DNA from: Acanthaster planci
Taxonomy: Eukaryota
NCBI RefSeq assembly: GCF_001949145.1
Contig: NW_019091357.1
Coordinates: 4,302,228 to 4,366,227, forward strand
Reading direction: 5' to 3'
Length of the DNA stretch: 64,000 nt
The position numbers and the translations under genes were made by a program. The notes below the pieces were generated by a model. The model searched no databases and was not told the origin of the DNA. It saw only the letters and a program-made list of their open reading frames with translations. Position 1 is the stretch's first letter. Each line of letters starts with the position of its first letter. Of this stretch, positions 14,171 to 27,900 are shown piece after piece.

Positions 14171-16672
14171 ACTGAAAATTGCACGGTTGCTATGCAGCGC
14201 CCTCAAAATGATTGGTTAAGTTGGGCATAAAAAGGGAATGTTCAACTAAAAACTGGTGCAGCGCGCAGCGCCCTCAATTTACTAAGCCGAAAGCAAATCT
14301 GCTAGAGGGCGGTATTTCACTAAAACGGCCTACGTCTACAGTAAAGCGATCTTTACGGTTGCGATAATTTGCATGCAACAAGTTTCCTCTGTCAACTTAA
14401 ACTTAGCATCGATTTTTAACTCAACCATGTCACCAAAGCAAAGTCATTCCACAGTTTTCGTTTTTAAAAGCCAGGTAATTGTTCTCCCCTCAATTTGGTA
14501 TATACCCACCCATGGTTTGCTTTATCTTTTTTTTTAATTTTGAGATGCAACTAGAGGAGGTTAATTGAAGTTTCACCACTGAATCCAGAAAATTGCCATT
14601 TGATTTTGGACATATGGAGAGACAAATACCCAGGAAATCAGTCCTGTGGAGTCTGTTTTCCTCTGTAAAAATAAAAACCAAAAAAAATTAAAACCAAATT
14701 AAACATTTCTGTGGGTATCAAAACAACTGCCTGGTTTCCGATATATTCATTACAATAAGAAACCTGGGGATGACCATCAAAATAGGGGAGCGACGTTTGC
14801 AAAAGGCTTTGAAACAATTTTACTGTCATATCATCAAGTAACGCCCCACAACTTCTTGTTTGAATTTTATTTATGCTAAAAATTTAACAATTGTTGACTT
14901 TCCCCCTTGATGAAAACAGTTTTTTCATATAGTTGTGCAGAATGGTTCCAAAGTTTTGTTTCCCAGAAAGTGTATAGGTAAAATACATGTACATAGTTGC
15001 TTTCGTTCTTGGAAAACAAAACACAATAAAATCGCCGAGACTTACACCGCACTAAAAGAAATGACAGTCTTGTTCTACTGCTTTCAGTGGAGATTAAAAT
15101 ATCAGAAAGGATCAAAGGGAAAATTGGCAAAAGTTTGTAAACACAGAATGAAATCATTAGGTTATGTACATGAATATGTTTTGAAATAATGTCTGTTTTC
15201 ATTCCACAATGACAGTTTTGCTCAAGATATTGGCCGACTCTCAGTAGATCCAATAGTGTAGAACAAAACCCAGTCTAGAACTAATTCATCGAAGGTCTAT
15301 TTTTAACTTTGATTTTTGCATACAGACATTGGACCTACACAATATCGATTTTCTGAGATGCACATACGCGGATGTAATGTTTTAATTTAATAAAATAACA
15401 ATAAATAGATATAAACTCCTACTCAAACTAACCCAGTGAGTCTGCAGTCGAAAGTCGTTCGGGACAACAACACTGAGTAATTATTGGTTCAATTTCTTTC
15501 CTCAAAAATAAAAAACAAGGTTATACCAATTAAATACAAGAAAAGTCATCATGGTAATTATCGGGTCACAGAAACGTGGTAGGCGATTCGTGAGTCAGGA
15601 AAGATAACTGTCCGTTGTGACATTTTGTATTGCGCGCACGTTTGGGTTTCTCTTTTTTGTTAAAAAGCTTAGGTCAACTGAACAGGAAACAGATTGCGGA
15701 ACAATTTTAATTCTGATGAGAAACAATAACCTATAACAAAGTAATACTACAGTGTGTTTCAACTATAAAGCTAAAAAGTAAATTAACCCTCCCTAGATTG
15801 TATTTCTTTTGTTTCTTTTCTTTCTTTTTTGGGGGGGGTTGGTTGTTGGGGGTAGAGCTAGAAGAAGCTTTCTTTCGTGTTACCTATTTCTTTTCTCCTA
15901 AATTATATATGCAGGAAACTTTCATGAGCCTTTGATGTATGAAGAATTATCTTATTCGTTCAGTTTTGAAAATTTCTATTTGCACTTTATTCCAAGGACA
16001 CTTTAGTCAGTGGTGAAACAAATTGCTTTGACAACTGCTAATGCGCCTGTCAGTTGTTTTTCTCTGCCCGATCTGCCCCGCCAAATAAGTGGGGATGTGG
16101 TTTTTGAAATGACCGAAACACATCCCTGAAGCAACCTTTAAAGTGATTTAGGGACAACCTCTACCATTATTTCGAAGAGCACAGTAAACTGGTCTGCCTT
16201 TCCGTCTAAAACGCCAATGGTAAAAAAAATTGTAAGCGTGCAAAACCCCCACTCCTGGAGCTTGCGAATTGTGAAAATAAAACACATACACAAAACAAAG
16301 GAAAATTTTAATATAAGCACTACTTTTAAAAAGTTTAAAGTCCAAAATTCAAAAAGAAACTTGTAGAGTAATAACTGTGATTGAAAAATACATAAAACCG
16401 TCCGTCTGGAAAAAAGGAAGAAAAGCTGAAATCTTATACTGCCAAAACTATCAGGGAGAAATGGCACATACTGTTCAGAATTCTTGGCGTTTATGATTTT
16501 GTGCGGTTGCTTCGTTTTCGCCTTTTTAGAAACTTGTGTTGCAGTGAGATTGATCTGGGGTTCTGTTTCGGTATACTCATTCGATTTTTTTACAGTTCAG
16601 CTAACTCAAAACAAATTTCAATATTAGTTCAGTCCAGACCCAGTCTGGAAGCGATATTTTCTCACGAGATAA

Positions 16673-16753
16673 AAAGAACAGAGCAATAGGTAAAGAACAG
16701 AGCAATAGGTAAAGAACAGAGCAATAGGTAAAGAACAGAGCAATAGGTAAAGA
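16673..16753. repeat. Tandem repeat, 19-bp unit AAAGAACAGAGCAATAGGT, about 4.3 copies
   Basis: Four perfect consecutive copies plus a partial fifth, read directly. Confidence 0.95.
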
Positions 16754-17984
16754 GTGTGTTTTTGTATGATACCGTTCATTGAGACTGAAATTGGAATTGA
16801 TAGAGCAAAAGCAAAACAAAACTGCAGCTCAGTTTTCAAAATGAAATAGGATATCTCAAATAATAATAATCTATTTGCAGCGATTTTAAACTGATTTATC
16901 ATTTGATTTTCTGTAAACAAAATCTTGAAAAAGAAGAGATGTTGTTTTACTGGAATTGAAAAGTAATGTTTCGATTCGGCTGGGAGAAACATATATGGGC
17001 CTATTTTGATGAGATTTTGTATGAATTAATAATGAAAAGGCAAAATGCAATGGGGACTTAACCAGAGGTCCTTCAAATCAAAACAAAAGGCCAACCTAGT
17101 TTACACCATGTTTGCAAATCATAAAAAATAACATAATCTTTGTCTGCTCAATATCTGGGACCTCGTCACGCTATATTGCACAAAAGGAACAATGAACTTG
17201 TTTGGCGCTAAAAAGGAAAAAAAATCAGGGCTATTATGGTTGGCTGGGGCCGGGAGGGCCCTTTTGTTTTGTTTCAGACGATTCGCATCTGTCCAGCTCC
17301 GCCAAGCGCAGACTACAATGGAGGTTAACGGCTGCGGCGGGCCACGGAACGAAAGCGCGTACGTAATCAACTGATACAATTATTTTGGATCCTTGAAATT
17401 TCCAATTCTTTGTATAATCAATTCTATTATAATCAATTAATTATCAATTATAATCAAAAATTACTTTTTCGTGACCAGCTTTTCCCTAACCTCCTATTAA
17501 AGCCCCGATGGAAAAAAATTGCAGTTTTTCTCTCGTGAAAAAAAATATATTGACCGAGCAGACGACACACAATATGCAGTCTACACACGCTGCAGGATGA
17601 GATACCAGGCGCTGGACAAAGGATACGCCTCCTTACCAAAAACAAAGAAAAGGGAAACCAAGAATTCCCGAGAACGGGAAACACTGATTTAAACAGACAA
17701 TCCCGGCCAAAAAAAGGAGCCGAGGGGCAACATGACGGAAGTCAAGCTACTTCCAAAGCAGGCAGGCAATGCACGTCAGACTCAAAGAACAATCCATGCA
17801 ACCAGTCTGCAGAATTACAAGTGCAAAAGTTGGCGCCTAAAATCCGATAACAATAGACCCGGCGCACGCGTGGTGAAACCGTCCAAGCTTGTTGTTTCCT
17901 TTTACAATAATTATTATTATCTTTTGTTCAGAAACTAGAGAGAACCTGAAAGAAAATTGAACAGCGTTACTAGAAAACACTCAC

Positions 17985-18144
17985 CTGATCTGAGTACTTG
18001 CTGGTCGTTCAGTGAGTAGCTGTTTTTATTCCATATTCCACTTTTGTTCTTAGGCCACTCGTGGTGGTTCACCCGGAAGTGAACAAAGAGCGTTGAATAC
18101 AATGAATCACGCTCTACACGTTCATTAAGAAATCTAGTTGCCAT
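17985..18144 (-). CDS. Candidate first coding exon of an unidentified minus-strand gene (MATRFLNERVERDSLYSTLFVHFRVNHHEWPKNKSGIWNKNSYSLNDQQVLRS...)
   Basis: Strong Kozak context GGCCATGG, 53 open codons plus 1 nt, ending at a consensus donor CAG|GTGAGT. No family recognised and no downstream exon found in the window. Confidence 0.35.
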
Positions 18145-21100
18145 GGCCTCTGAAGCTTGGGATCACATGTTCGGCAATTCCAATCCTTTCTAATACCATC
18201 AATTATGTTTTCTCTCCCTCTTTAAGAGCACTTTTGTGACTTTTCAACATTCTCTGGGATTCCCATGACGTTCGGTTTCCAGGACTGTCGATGAAAATTG
18301 AACTCTCGTACAAAAGAGGAAGTACAATCGAATATTCGGCTTCCTTGTCTGCTTAAAAATTCGTTCGCACAGTTTATTGACAATAAATGAATACCATTTT
18401 TTCCTTTTCCTTTTTTTGCACGTCGGCGGTACTGGTGGTTTCTATAGAGCGAAATAGATATGAAACAATATATAATTAGTTTTTCCAAGTCTTGTTTATC
18501 CGCTTAAGCAAAATGTAGCAGGATTATTTATCGAGATGGGATTCTACAGATTCTTCAAATTGAAGAAATACTGATGCAGTAATGACGCGTTCTTATTACT
18601 CGTCAGAAGTGAGGCATCCTCAGTGTTCAGGTATTTGTCTTGAATTGATGTTATGTTTCATTGTTTGGTTATCATCTTGCATTGTTATGCAAATCTGGCC
18701 CTTAAATTCAGATAGTTTTATCGAGGCTTCCATCTCCACTGATGACAGAATAATTTCAAATCAAATATTCCGAAGTATAAAGAGTGTGATTTTAAAGCAA
18801 ACGGCCACTTTCATTCAAGGACTGTATTGTTTCAATGTATGAGGCACATGTCTTTGTACATGTATATCCAAATCAGAGTGCTCAAGAGATGGTCTTTCGG
18901 TAAAATGTCTATACCGTTGACATGGTAATATTTCCCGGAGCCACAGTTTCATCTGGGGATTTTTTTTCGGAAACACCGCCGTGCTTGGAATTTTGCATTT
19001 CATGCTCGATTGTTTTCTGGCAAGGAGGCACAATCTATTGTTCCCTAGAACAAAAGCCGAGTCTGCATCCCATTAATGTTATTTCATTGCACAGAATTCC
19101 TGCAGGAAACACTACATTCCGTGAGGGGCTAGGAGCATTGAAGCATTCCGTTGCAGCATTTTGTCACCTCGTTTCGTGGCATTTAATTCCAATATTTTCC
19201 AGTAAGCTCTTTTTTTTTTGCTCCAATCCATATGTCCATTGTTTAAAATATCAGCCGCTACAGTAATTCCACTCAGCGTTACTGTTGCCAAAGTAGATAT
19301 GAAAAAAAAATCAACAAATTTCCCCGTGGTTTCTTTGTTGTTATTGTATCTCAAAGGTAGTCTTGCTGCATAGAAAAATATTGGGTTTTTCCTTCTTCGC
19401 TTACAGAGGGCAAGATGAAACTCTTGTAGGACACACGATGAAATAAAAATGCATAATGATCCACAGATAAGCACGCGCGTATAGATCCGTGAGTGGGATG
19501 ATGACTGCATGTACATGTACACAGGGTCGACTCACCGTGCAATATCTCCCGAAGTGATTCCTCGGAATACCCCTTCGATCTTCGCCACCAAGCATCCAAA
19601 CAGAATAAATCCTTTCGGAGTAGCAAGAGTATATCCTACATTTGCTCTGCAGATCAAAAAATATTCCTCTTTACGACTTCCAGACCTCAAAATGTTGGGG
19701 ATTCCCTGCGTAAGGAGGGCAAGCCCCTAACCTTGGCACCGAAGGCGTGCGTTGTGTACATCGTCCTGGACCCACGTGCTTTTTTGTGTGTATCCGCGGT
19801 AATTGTATTTACGTTGTAAAAATAGCTCGTGTAGTGCCAAGGGGGTTTCTCTGTTTTGCTCCCCTTCACAAAGAGATCGTCTCAATCTCCCGCCACCATC
19901 TACTTCCCCCTTTGTCTTCTGTTTCCCAGAGACCAAACGCCCTCTGATTCGTCAATTGTGATATTAATATTAACATTTGGTAGCTTGTGATTGGTAAACG
20001 TGGCTCAATTTTCTACACTTATAATGAATATGCAATTTTTGCAATTGTATGGTAGTCAAACCAAGTCTACAGCTCTACAACATTCACCATTCTTCGTATT
20101 CTAAGAGAAACAGAAGGTTTTCACTTAGAGAATGAATGAAAGTGTCTTTAATTTTGAATTTTAGATCCTACTATTTTAAAATTCTTTTTTAAAAATGATT
20201 TTAAGGCTTCAATTAAAGGAATGGCAGATCAACATAAACCGGTTCTCGATTGTAACTCGAGTTAAGGTCCTGATTAGCCATTGGAGTAATGATTCATACG
20301 TGTCAGGCAAACGAACGACGCTAGAGGAGATTTGTCACTGTACCCTACCTCCAGTCTTTCGGCAGGAGAATCTCACCTTTCCAAGTGAGTTATTTGCTCT
20401 ACCGGTACATTATACATTTTAGAGTAAAGGTTGCTTCAAATGAAGTGCAGTTAGGGCGCTTTTGTGGGGTAGAATTGACGTGCCACTTTTTGCAACGTGT
20501 CGTTGTTCGACAAGTGAATTGCATACACCACTAGCTGCCCAGTTTCTGGACAAAATGGAAAGAGTTCAAACACTTGATGCCCCCGTCGTGCTCGTGCACA
20601 AACCTATGAGATTATCTGAAAAACCTAAGCGTTTTCTAAATAAACGCGTCGAAATTCTCTCACCTAAATTTCACTCTGTAGGACATGTTGTCACTTTCTG
20701 GGGGTTGTTAGGTTAAGCCTAGCCCAGGTTGGAAGACGTCTACATTGCATTGCGACTAACGTCCAGCATGTCCAGGGTAAAAGTCCTCCTACTATGCGAA
20801 AATTTTTTCAACAGTTTTTCTCATATTTTTACCTGGTGAAGACAGTTCAAAATATCGTTCACAAGTGCCTTGATTCAGTGTGAGTGTGATGAATTTTTAG
20901 GAAAATTCCTCGTCAAAATTGGTGAGAAATTTGCTGATGAAAGATGATGAAGAAACCCTCATTACTTTTCCAGAAGTGGCTGGTTGGAACCTTGAGATCA
21001 ACTTTCATTAGCCCTATGAGGGTGCATATTGTTGGGTTATGCACGGTTGCTAATTGTCCACGGTGGTTACTAACTACAGCCAGGCCTCAAATGCATCCAT

Positions 21101-22075
21101 AAAAAAATGTTTTAAATTAAAATATAAATAAAAAGGTGCTGAATCAAACCTCTCTTTGATTGTCTCAGAAAAAGTTAATTCACCTGAGCCCCCAGTTCAG
21201 AAAATGGTTAAAACCCGAACTAGTCCCTAATTTAGGAACCTGCAAAGAACAGATTGGCCAAATACTGAATTGTTCATTTCACAAATATTTGGGGTAAGAG
21301 ACTGGTGCACCTGCCAATGAGCTTGTGCACTTCTATGACATATGCTTTGCTAGATGTACATGTATGTAACTGTCCACTCATGTAACTGAACGGTACAATA
21401 TGTGAGATCAGTGCATCACATTCATACAAAATTCTCATGGCGGGCTTCATATAAGTTTGGACGTATTGGTGATCTTTCCACTCAAGTCATAGTTATTCAT
21501 AATTATTTCAGAATTAATAATTCATAATTATTTGAAATTTCCAACAACCCCATGTGCCCAAAGACAACAGGTCCCACATTGACCTTACAAAACGAACGGC
21601 CAAAATACATCCATTTGCACAACTGCAGACTGCAAAGAAAAGGGGGTACGAAAAGGCTTATGGCAGAATTACATGTATTAGCAAATTGTATAATAAGAGA
21701 GAGATAGAGAGATCACGCAAAGATCGAACAATCGTGCAAATTGACTGATCTGAAAAGGTATCAGGAATGCCTCAAAGACCATCTTAAGCAACCAGGAATT
21801 CTAGGGCCTTCAAGCAGGCTCTGGCCCCCGGCTGTTGAGGAATTTTACACTGCGCACCGGTGTTGTGCACCTTAGCACACAAATTCGGCACTCTACCTGA
21901 TGCACCCCCCCCTTTTATCCAGTGCGCTCCAGCATTTTCAAATCCTGCCAAAAACCCTGATGGGACTGTTTTACCATTTGTTCAGATGAGTTCTTGTTAT
22001 CTAAGCAGCAACACCACGAGGCTGTGGCCTTTTTGTGTTCTTTGCTTAAATTGTTATTTCTGACTTCCTTGTAGG

Positions 22076-22192
22076 ATGATCACTGACGTCCAACTCGCCA
22101 TATTTGCCAACATTCTGGGCGTGTCCCTGTTCCTGCTGGTGGTACTTTTCCACTTTGTGACCGTCAACAATCCCAAGTCGAAGCAAGAATGA
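22076..22192 (+). CDS. OST4: Oligosaccharyltransferase subunit 4 (OST4), 38-aa single-pass membrane microprotein
   Basis: Translates to [38 protein letters not shown], nearly identical to metazoan OST4 ([24 protein letters not shown]...NNPK). A splice acceptor (ttccttgtag|G) lies 1 nt before the ATG. Too short for the ORF track. Confidence 0.97.
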   Translation: MITDVQLAIFANILGVSLFLLVVLFHFVTVNNPKSKQE

Positions 22193-24072
22193 GAAATCTC
22201 CACTGTGACGCAAGTTGTCACAAAACCAAGGCAAGTGCATACGGGCCTTTCCCTCGCAAATCTGCCCTTAAGAATGAACCACTGACATGCCTATGAGTCC
22301 AAGTTATGCCGTAGCACCTTTTGATGATCCGTTCTCGGGGGCAGTGGGATTCTGATTTTTCGGCTATGAACACAATGAATTTTGTCACATAAGGACTCAT
22401 TTTCCATTCATTCCAGAATACTTTGTACCATTCCAAAAACCTCTGCAAGTATGCAATTAAAGTGTTTAAAACTAAAAGCTCGGGAAGACATTCCAGAAAT
22501 GTTATTCCCGATGTGAAGAGATGGTGGCTGGGCTCTGTCTTTCTCAATCTCCTCAAAATTTGCAACCTTCCCACCCCCCGTAAATGCAGTAGCACTAAAG
22601 GGGTAAGTGTCATAAAACCTGCCGCAGGAATTAGGGTTGGATTGGTAAGGATGCACTGAGTACATAAGTTAAGTTTACCAACTTCAGCGCACACATAGTG
22701 AGTTGGATTTTTGAGATCTTTCTTTCTTCCTTCCACAGATCAAAAATGCAAAACCTCAGTTTGCCACAGTGTCTCTGTGCAGATGTACCCAGAACATACG
22801 ATTCTACGCAGCTGAACACGCTATCAAACAGCAAACACTGTAGATATGCATGTTGTCGTCCACTCGGTAAATTGGCAATCCCCTCCACTACCCGACATTA
22901 ACATGGAAACCTCACACAATATAGAACTGCTCAAGATGAAGAATCCCTGCGGAGTACTTCGAGCATCGACGCCAGTCAGCAGAACATTCTCAGAATTGCC
23001 CACGCCTAAGCTCGCTGAGTGCCTTCAGCACATACATGATCAACACAGACATCAACAGCAGCCAGATATTCCACAAGCGGCCATCGGTGGATTTTTCAAG
23101 CACACGAGTTGTAGACTTTTATTTTCCCCTTTTCGCAATTATTTGTCGAGAGTTTTGAATGGAATATGAAATGAGATGTGAATAATTCGTGTCTGTGAAA
23201 ATTGTGGATGAGCCCTTAGGAAAGCCCCTTTTTTTCTTTGCATTAATCACGACTCTTGCTCCAGTTTGAAGGAAAACGCTTAACTGTCTTTTTTTTCATC
23301 ATTAAACAAAATGAGGTCACCTTTCAGATTTGTTAGAGATTCACAGATACATGCACAAGTATACATTTTATGTAAGTTACACATTTGTCACCTGTGAAGT
23401 CAATTTTTGCCTGTACATGTAATTTCCGAATAAATTTCTGCGATCATTTTGAAATGTTCTGCTTCCTGGGCATAACTGTGTTCATTGATGGATTTAGGGG
23501 GACAGTGGGACCTTCTCACAAAAATATTTTCTGTCTTCTTTTTTTAATTTTACTTTTAATGCAGACCATTTTGGTTTCTTTTTCACTTTATTTCATTTCA
23601 ATGGTACGGAACAGAAAAAGTAAGGGCCACTCGCCGTGGCGAGGTAGTAACTCACTGCAGCAAGATATCAACTCGAAAACAAATTTTTGCAAGTGGCCCT
23701 TACACGCTTCCATACAATGGTAAATGAAGAGCCCTCATAGTTAGCCTTACATGTGTGCCTAAGAAAGCTTATAAAGATGTTTCCAGTTTTCAAAACTACC
23801 CCCTTCCCAACAAATGACACCCAAAATGATTCTGGATTTTCAATTAAAGACCAAGACGGCCAAAAATGTGTGTGTGGGGGGCCGGGGGGTGATTACAAAA
23901 TTCAAACATCCCAAAAAGCAAAACCTCGATCTATCTCCTGCAACAACAGCCTGAATGTCCAAGATCACTAACTCAATCTCCAGAGAAGTTGGTCATGAAA
24001 GACACCAAGCACATTTTTCTGTTTCAAGTACATGTATGTATTTGGATTGGTTAGCAGGGAAACGACTTTGCA

Positions 24073-24247
24073 ATGTGGGCGTTTCACAATAGTGCCCCTC
24101 CAAGAGTTTGCAATACACTGGCCGATCATAATGTGCGAAAGTTGCAGACCTAATGCACATCTGGAAAGGGTTGACTGATTTTGCGGATTGTGATTGGCCA
24201 ACGCGTAGCAAATTCTTGGAGGCACACTATTGTGAATCACCTGTATT
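24073..24247. mobile_element. Small palindromic MITE-like element, full hairpin copy
   Basis: Arms TTCACAATAGTGCCCCTCCAAGAGTTTGC and GCAAATTCTTGGAGGCACACTATTGTGAA are inverted. Related partial copies at about 40327-40425 and 43461-43580. Confidence 0.75.
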
Positions 24248-24955
24248 ATCCCAGCTTTTTCGGGGGGCCAGTTCGATATTCTGCAGCAAAACTTGAACTT
24301 TTATTGTGCTCAAATGGAGGGGGCAGAGTAAGACAATGCCATACAAGGACGAAACCAAGCAGAGCTGAGTACGCCAACTTCAGACTTTGGAACCAAAATT
24401 GGCTGTCATTATGTGTGCAGTACAGCATGCAGATATTGTACATGTACATATGCTAATTGTCCATGTGCACTGACACACAATCCACCATGTTGGTTCCAAC
24501 CATTGAGACATTCATGTCGCAACTCTCTTTAGCCATGTACGTATCTTCGTGCGTTCGAGCGGATACTCCTGTTGACACGACCAGGATGCTTGCCTGCGCA
24601 TTACACTCGGGTGTAAGAGTACACTTCTGCTCGAACGCATCCCTACAGGGGGCCGGCTAGGTACACTTGGAAAACGCCCTCGTCTTGTTACCTTTGCACT
24701 CCTTTTATCAAATCAAGGCATTATCGCTAAAGCGGATCCATATCGAAATACATAATTAATTTGAATGTATTAGAATAAAATTAGATTAGAAATTTTACTC
24801 ATTTGAGACGATATGATACTTCTTTGGCTGTAAACGGAACTCTCTTAACCCTAAAAGATTTCAAATCGTGCGAGAAATTTCACAAGAAGTGCGCTTAAAC
24901 CACGGACAGCGAGCGCAGCCTCTGTTTGGGAAACTCTATGGTACATAATATCAAA

Positions 24956-27900
24956 ATGGCCGCCCCACAGAAACCTTGGGAGCGAGGGGCCGGCCAATAC
25001 AATCATAGTTCGTTCTCGTCAGTCGGTGACTTTGGGTAAGTCTTACGATCTACAGTCGAATGTGGAATATATGTTCACTTCCTCAAGCCAAATGAAGTGG
25101 GATCCAGTGCCATTTTTTCACATGATTTAATGGTGCATACAGCATAATCGTTGAATAGGAGGGCCTACCCAATGCGTTCATGAGTACGTGCTAAACAGTA
25201 ACGCACGAGGCCTCACTGCACTACACATTTTTGATGGTTCCGCACGCTAGTCTACAGCATTTTGAAAGCTGCCCTGCAATCGTACCAGATAAAACATCCG
25301 TTTGTGCTTCCTTAAGGATATCTTCCCCTGAAGACCCTATAATAATATTAGAGACGTCTGGTAAATCTGTGGTCAGGGAATCACACTTTGGGAGTCCGGC
25401 ACTTTTCAGCTTTTTTTATTTGACCCCCACAATTTTAGTACCATTGGAAAGGTAATTTCAAAAGAAATTGAATGGTATAAAATTTGGCTTAATAGCTGCA
25501 AGTATAGTGAAGTTATGAAGTTTTTGTTATTAAAAATAGGTGTAATCAGTCTGTCACTTTTTGGGGTGGGCACAAGTTTCTTTTCATCAATGTATTTCAA
25601 CCACATGGAGTCTTATTCCTCATCGGTTCCACTTCCAGACATGCCAGAGGTGGACAAAGATCTGTAGTTAAGTCACAGAGGAAGTGTAAAGTAAACAATA
25701 TCTTTTATTATGGAGAACTTTATCAATAATAAACACAGGATACATGTACATGTATACAGTAACAGGTCAGTTGAGTTGGGCCTGAAATTTTTAGTGATGT
25801 GTGAAAGATCACTGAAACATAGTTTTGATGTGATATTCTGTCATCAATAAATAACTATAAAAATAAGGGACCAAGTCTCTCGGGTGTCATAAGTTAAAGT
25901 CTGTTCGTGTTTGAGAGGATCTTTTGATAACATTTGATAGAAACAACGTGTGGTTTATGCGCTTGTTATTTGCATCTTGTTCCCCTTACACCATGCACCA
26001 ATCTGATGCACATACATGTACATACACCATATGTGCACAGTTGCTCGACAGCACCCCAATACAAAGAGGCTGTTTAGCACCAGTTCGACATCACTTTTTG
26101 ACAAAAAAAACTTCCTTTTCTTCCTGAAATTCCAAGCTTCCAAATAAACACCGTTTCATATATGTTTCATCACGTTTGGGGGGATTTTCAACAGCACACT
26201 CACATTGTTCCAAACCTGGTTGAGACTCGCGAGATATTAGGCTTAGACGAGACTTTGTCACACAACAACAAACAAAGATGGCCGCACACAGTTTTTGACG
26301 CAGTGTAAGTGGCTCCAATCTTACATTATTTTCATCACACTTTACACCCAAAACTCGACACAAACAGACATAATAAGTGGTTCTAACACAAATTTTGGTC
26401 CTTTTACAACACAACTGCTTTTTAAAAAATGCACAAAAAGGGCAGAAATCACTGATTGAAAACAAACTTTTACACGCTTCCAGATATAAACTGTAGAGGT
26501 GCCGTTTCGCTGGACTCCGTTCCACACTAATCGGGGTTCATAATACCATTAGCACCCAGTTCCTATAATAAGGAAACAAAGTCCACTTTCTCAAACTAAC
26601 TAACATTTTGACCTTAAGGAACCATTACCCAATTCTGATAGGCCTAGTTTTTCACAATATTTTAGCAAGAAAATTCCAAATTCCTAACCCGAGTTTGGCA
26701 AAAGACAACCACTCAGTTGAATCACGCCATTTTCTTTTTTTCGTCTGGTTACATGACCCAGGCGTTTGGATTCATGGAAACAAATCTTCACCCAAGTCAA
26801 GGAATCAGACTACATTCGCTTATTTGTCGTTCACAGCTCTTTGCAGTACGCTGCCGCTTTGCCCTAAAATGTCCCTCAAAAGCCCTGTTCTTTTTTCTTT
26901 CTGATATGATTGAGGACATTACCAACATCTTGTTCAGATAAGTCATTTCAAAAAAGTAGAATTTGTTCCCTTATAATAGGAACGGTGCTAAAAGTAATGA
27001 ACCCCCACTAACCACATACATTCCTCACCAGTGGCAGTTTATATCAACCACGCCTGGGCTGCTAATAAACAGACATCAGTCAAGCAGTCAGTGTGGGACT
27101 TGTCACTTGACACTTCTTGGCAACCACGCCGAAGGAAACTGATGCCAAAGCACAAATTTTTTTTAATGCCTACCTACACAAAGGAATTTTTGTGGTTTTG
27201 TGGAAAAGGGACCGAGAAAACTTGCCGACTTATACAAAATGACGACTTATAAATGCCGACTTAGAAATGAAATTTTCAATGGAAATGCATTACAGACGAT
27301 CAGGACTTTTGTCAAAAGGCTGACTTAGACGATATGACGAGTTACGCGATGCCGACTTAGAGTTTACTGTAGTTAACTGTGTTTTCAGTCACGGAGGTTT
27401 ATCATAAGGAAAAAAATCAGCCGAACATGAACCATATTTCTAAACTACTGCAGCGTCATGAAAAAAAGCAAAAGTGACAAATTTCAGTACAAGGTTGAAG
27501 GCGAACTCTCCCTCTACAATACAAGAACATGAAGTGATACTGAGCAGATTACCACTGGATCACCCATGAAAAAGGCAGCTGTTTCAGGCATCCGGCGAAC
27601 CTGGGAATGGCATCACACGCTAGTGCGATGGGTAAATATGGCTGTCGCGTAGTCGCAGATTTCCAAGTCCCTGTACAGGGTGCCTTGCGGTGTCCCTATA
27701 TGAAAGTCTTTCCGACCTTTTGATCAGCCTTTGGATTTGAACATGTTCGGTTTTAATTATATTCATCATGTTGATCCTTAAAAATGGTTCAGTTTAACTA
27801 CATGTACATGTAACGAGACAGATATGCTCACTCAGCAGGATTTTAAGAGAAGAATGCGGTAGGGCCTAACACTATTGTCTCCCAATGCCACATTTGCAGT

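Noticed and set aside
16673..16753. 19-bp repeat array as a possible CRISPR
   Set aside because: No spacers, no cas genes, eukaryotic context; it is a simple minisatellite.
22190..22225. TGA followed by a small hairpin (TGTGAC...GTCACA) as a readthrough or selenocysteine signal in OST4
   Set aside because: The protein already ends where OST4 homologues end, the stem is only 6 bp and no SECIS was recognised.
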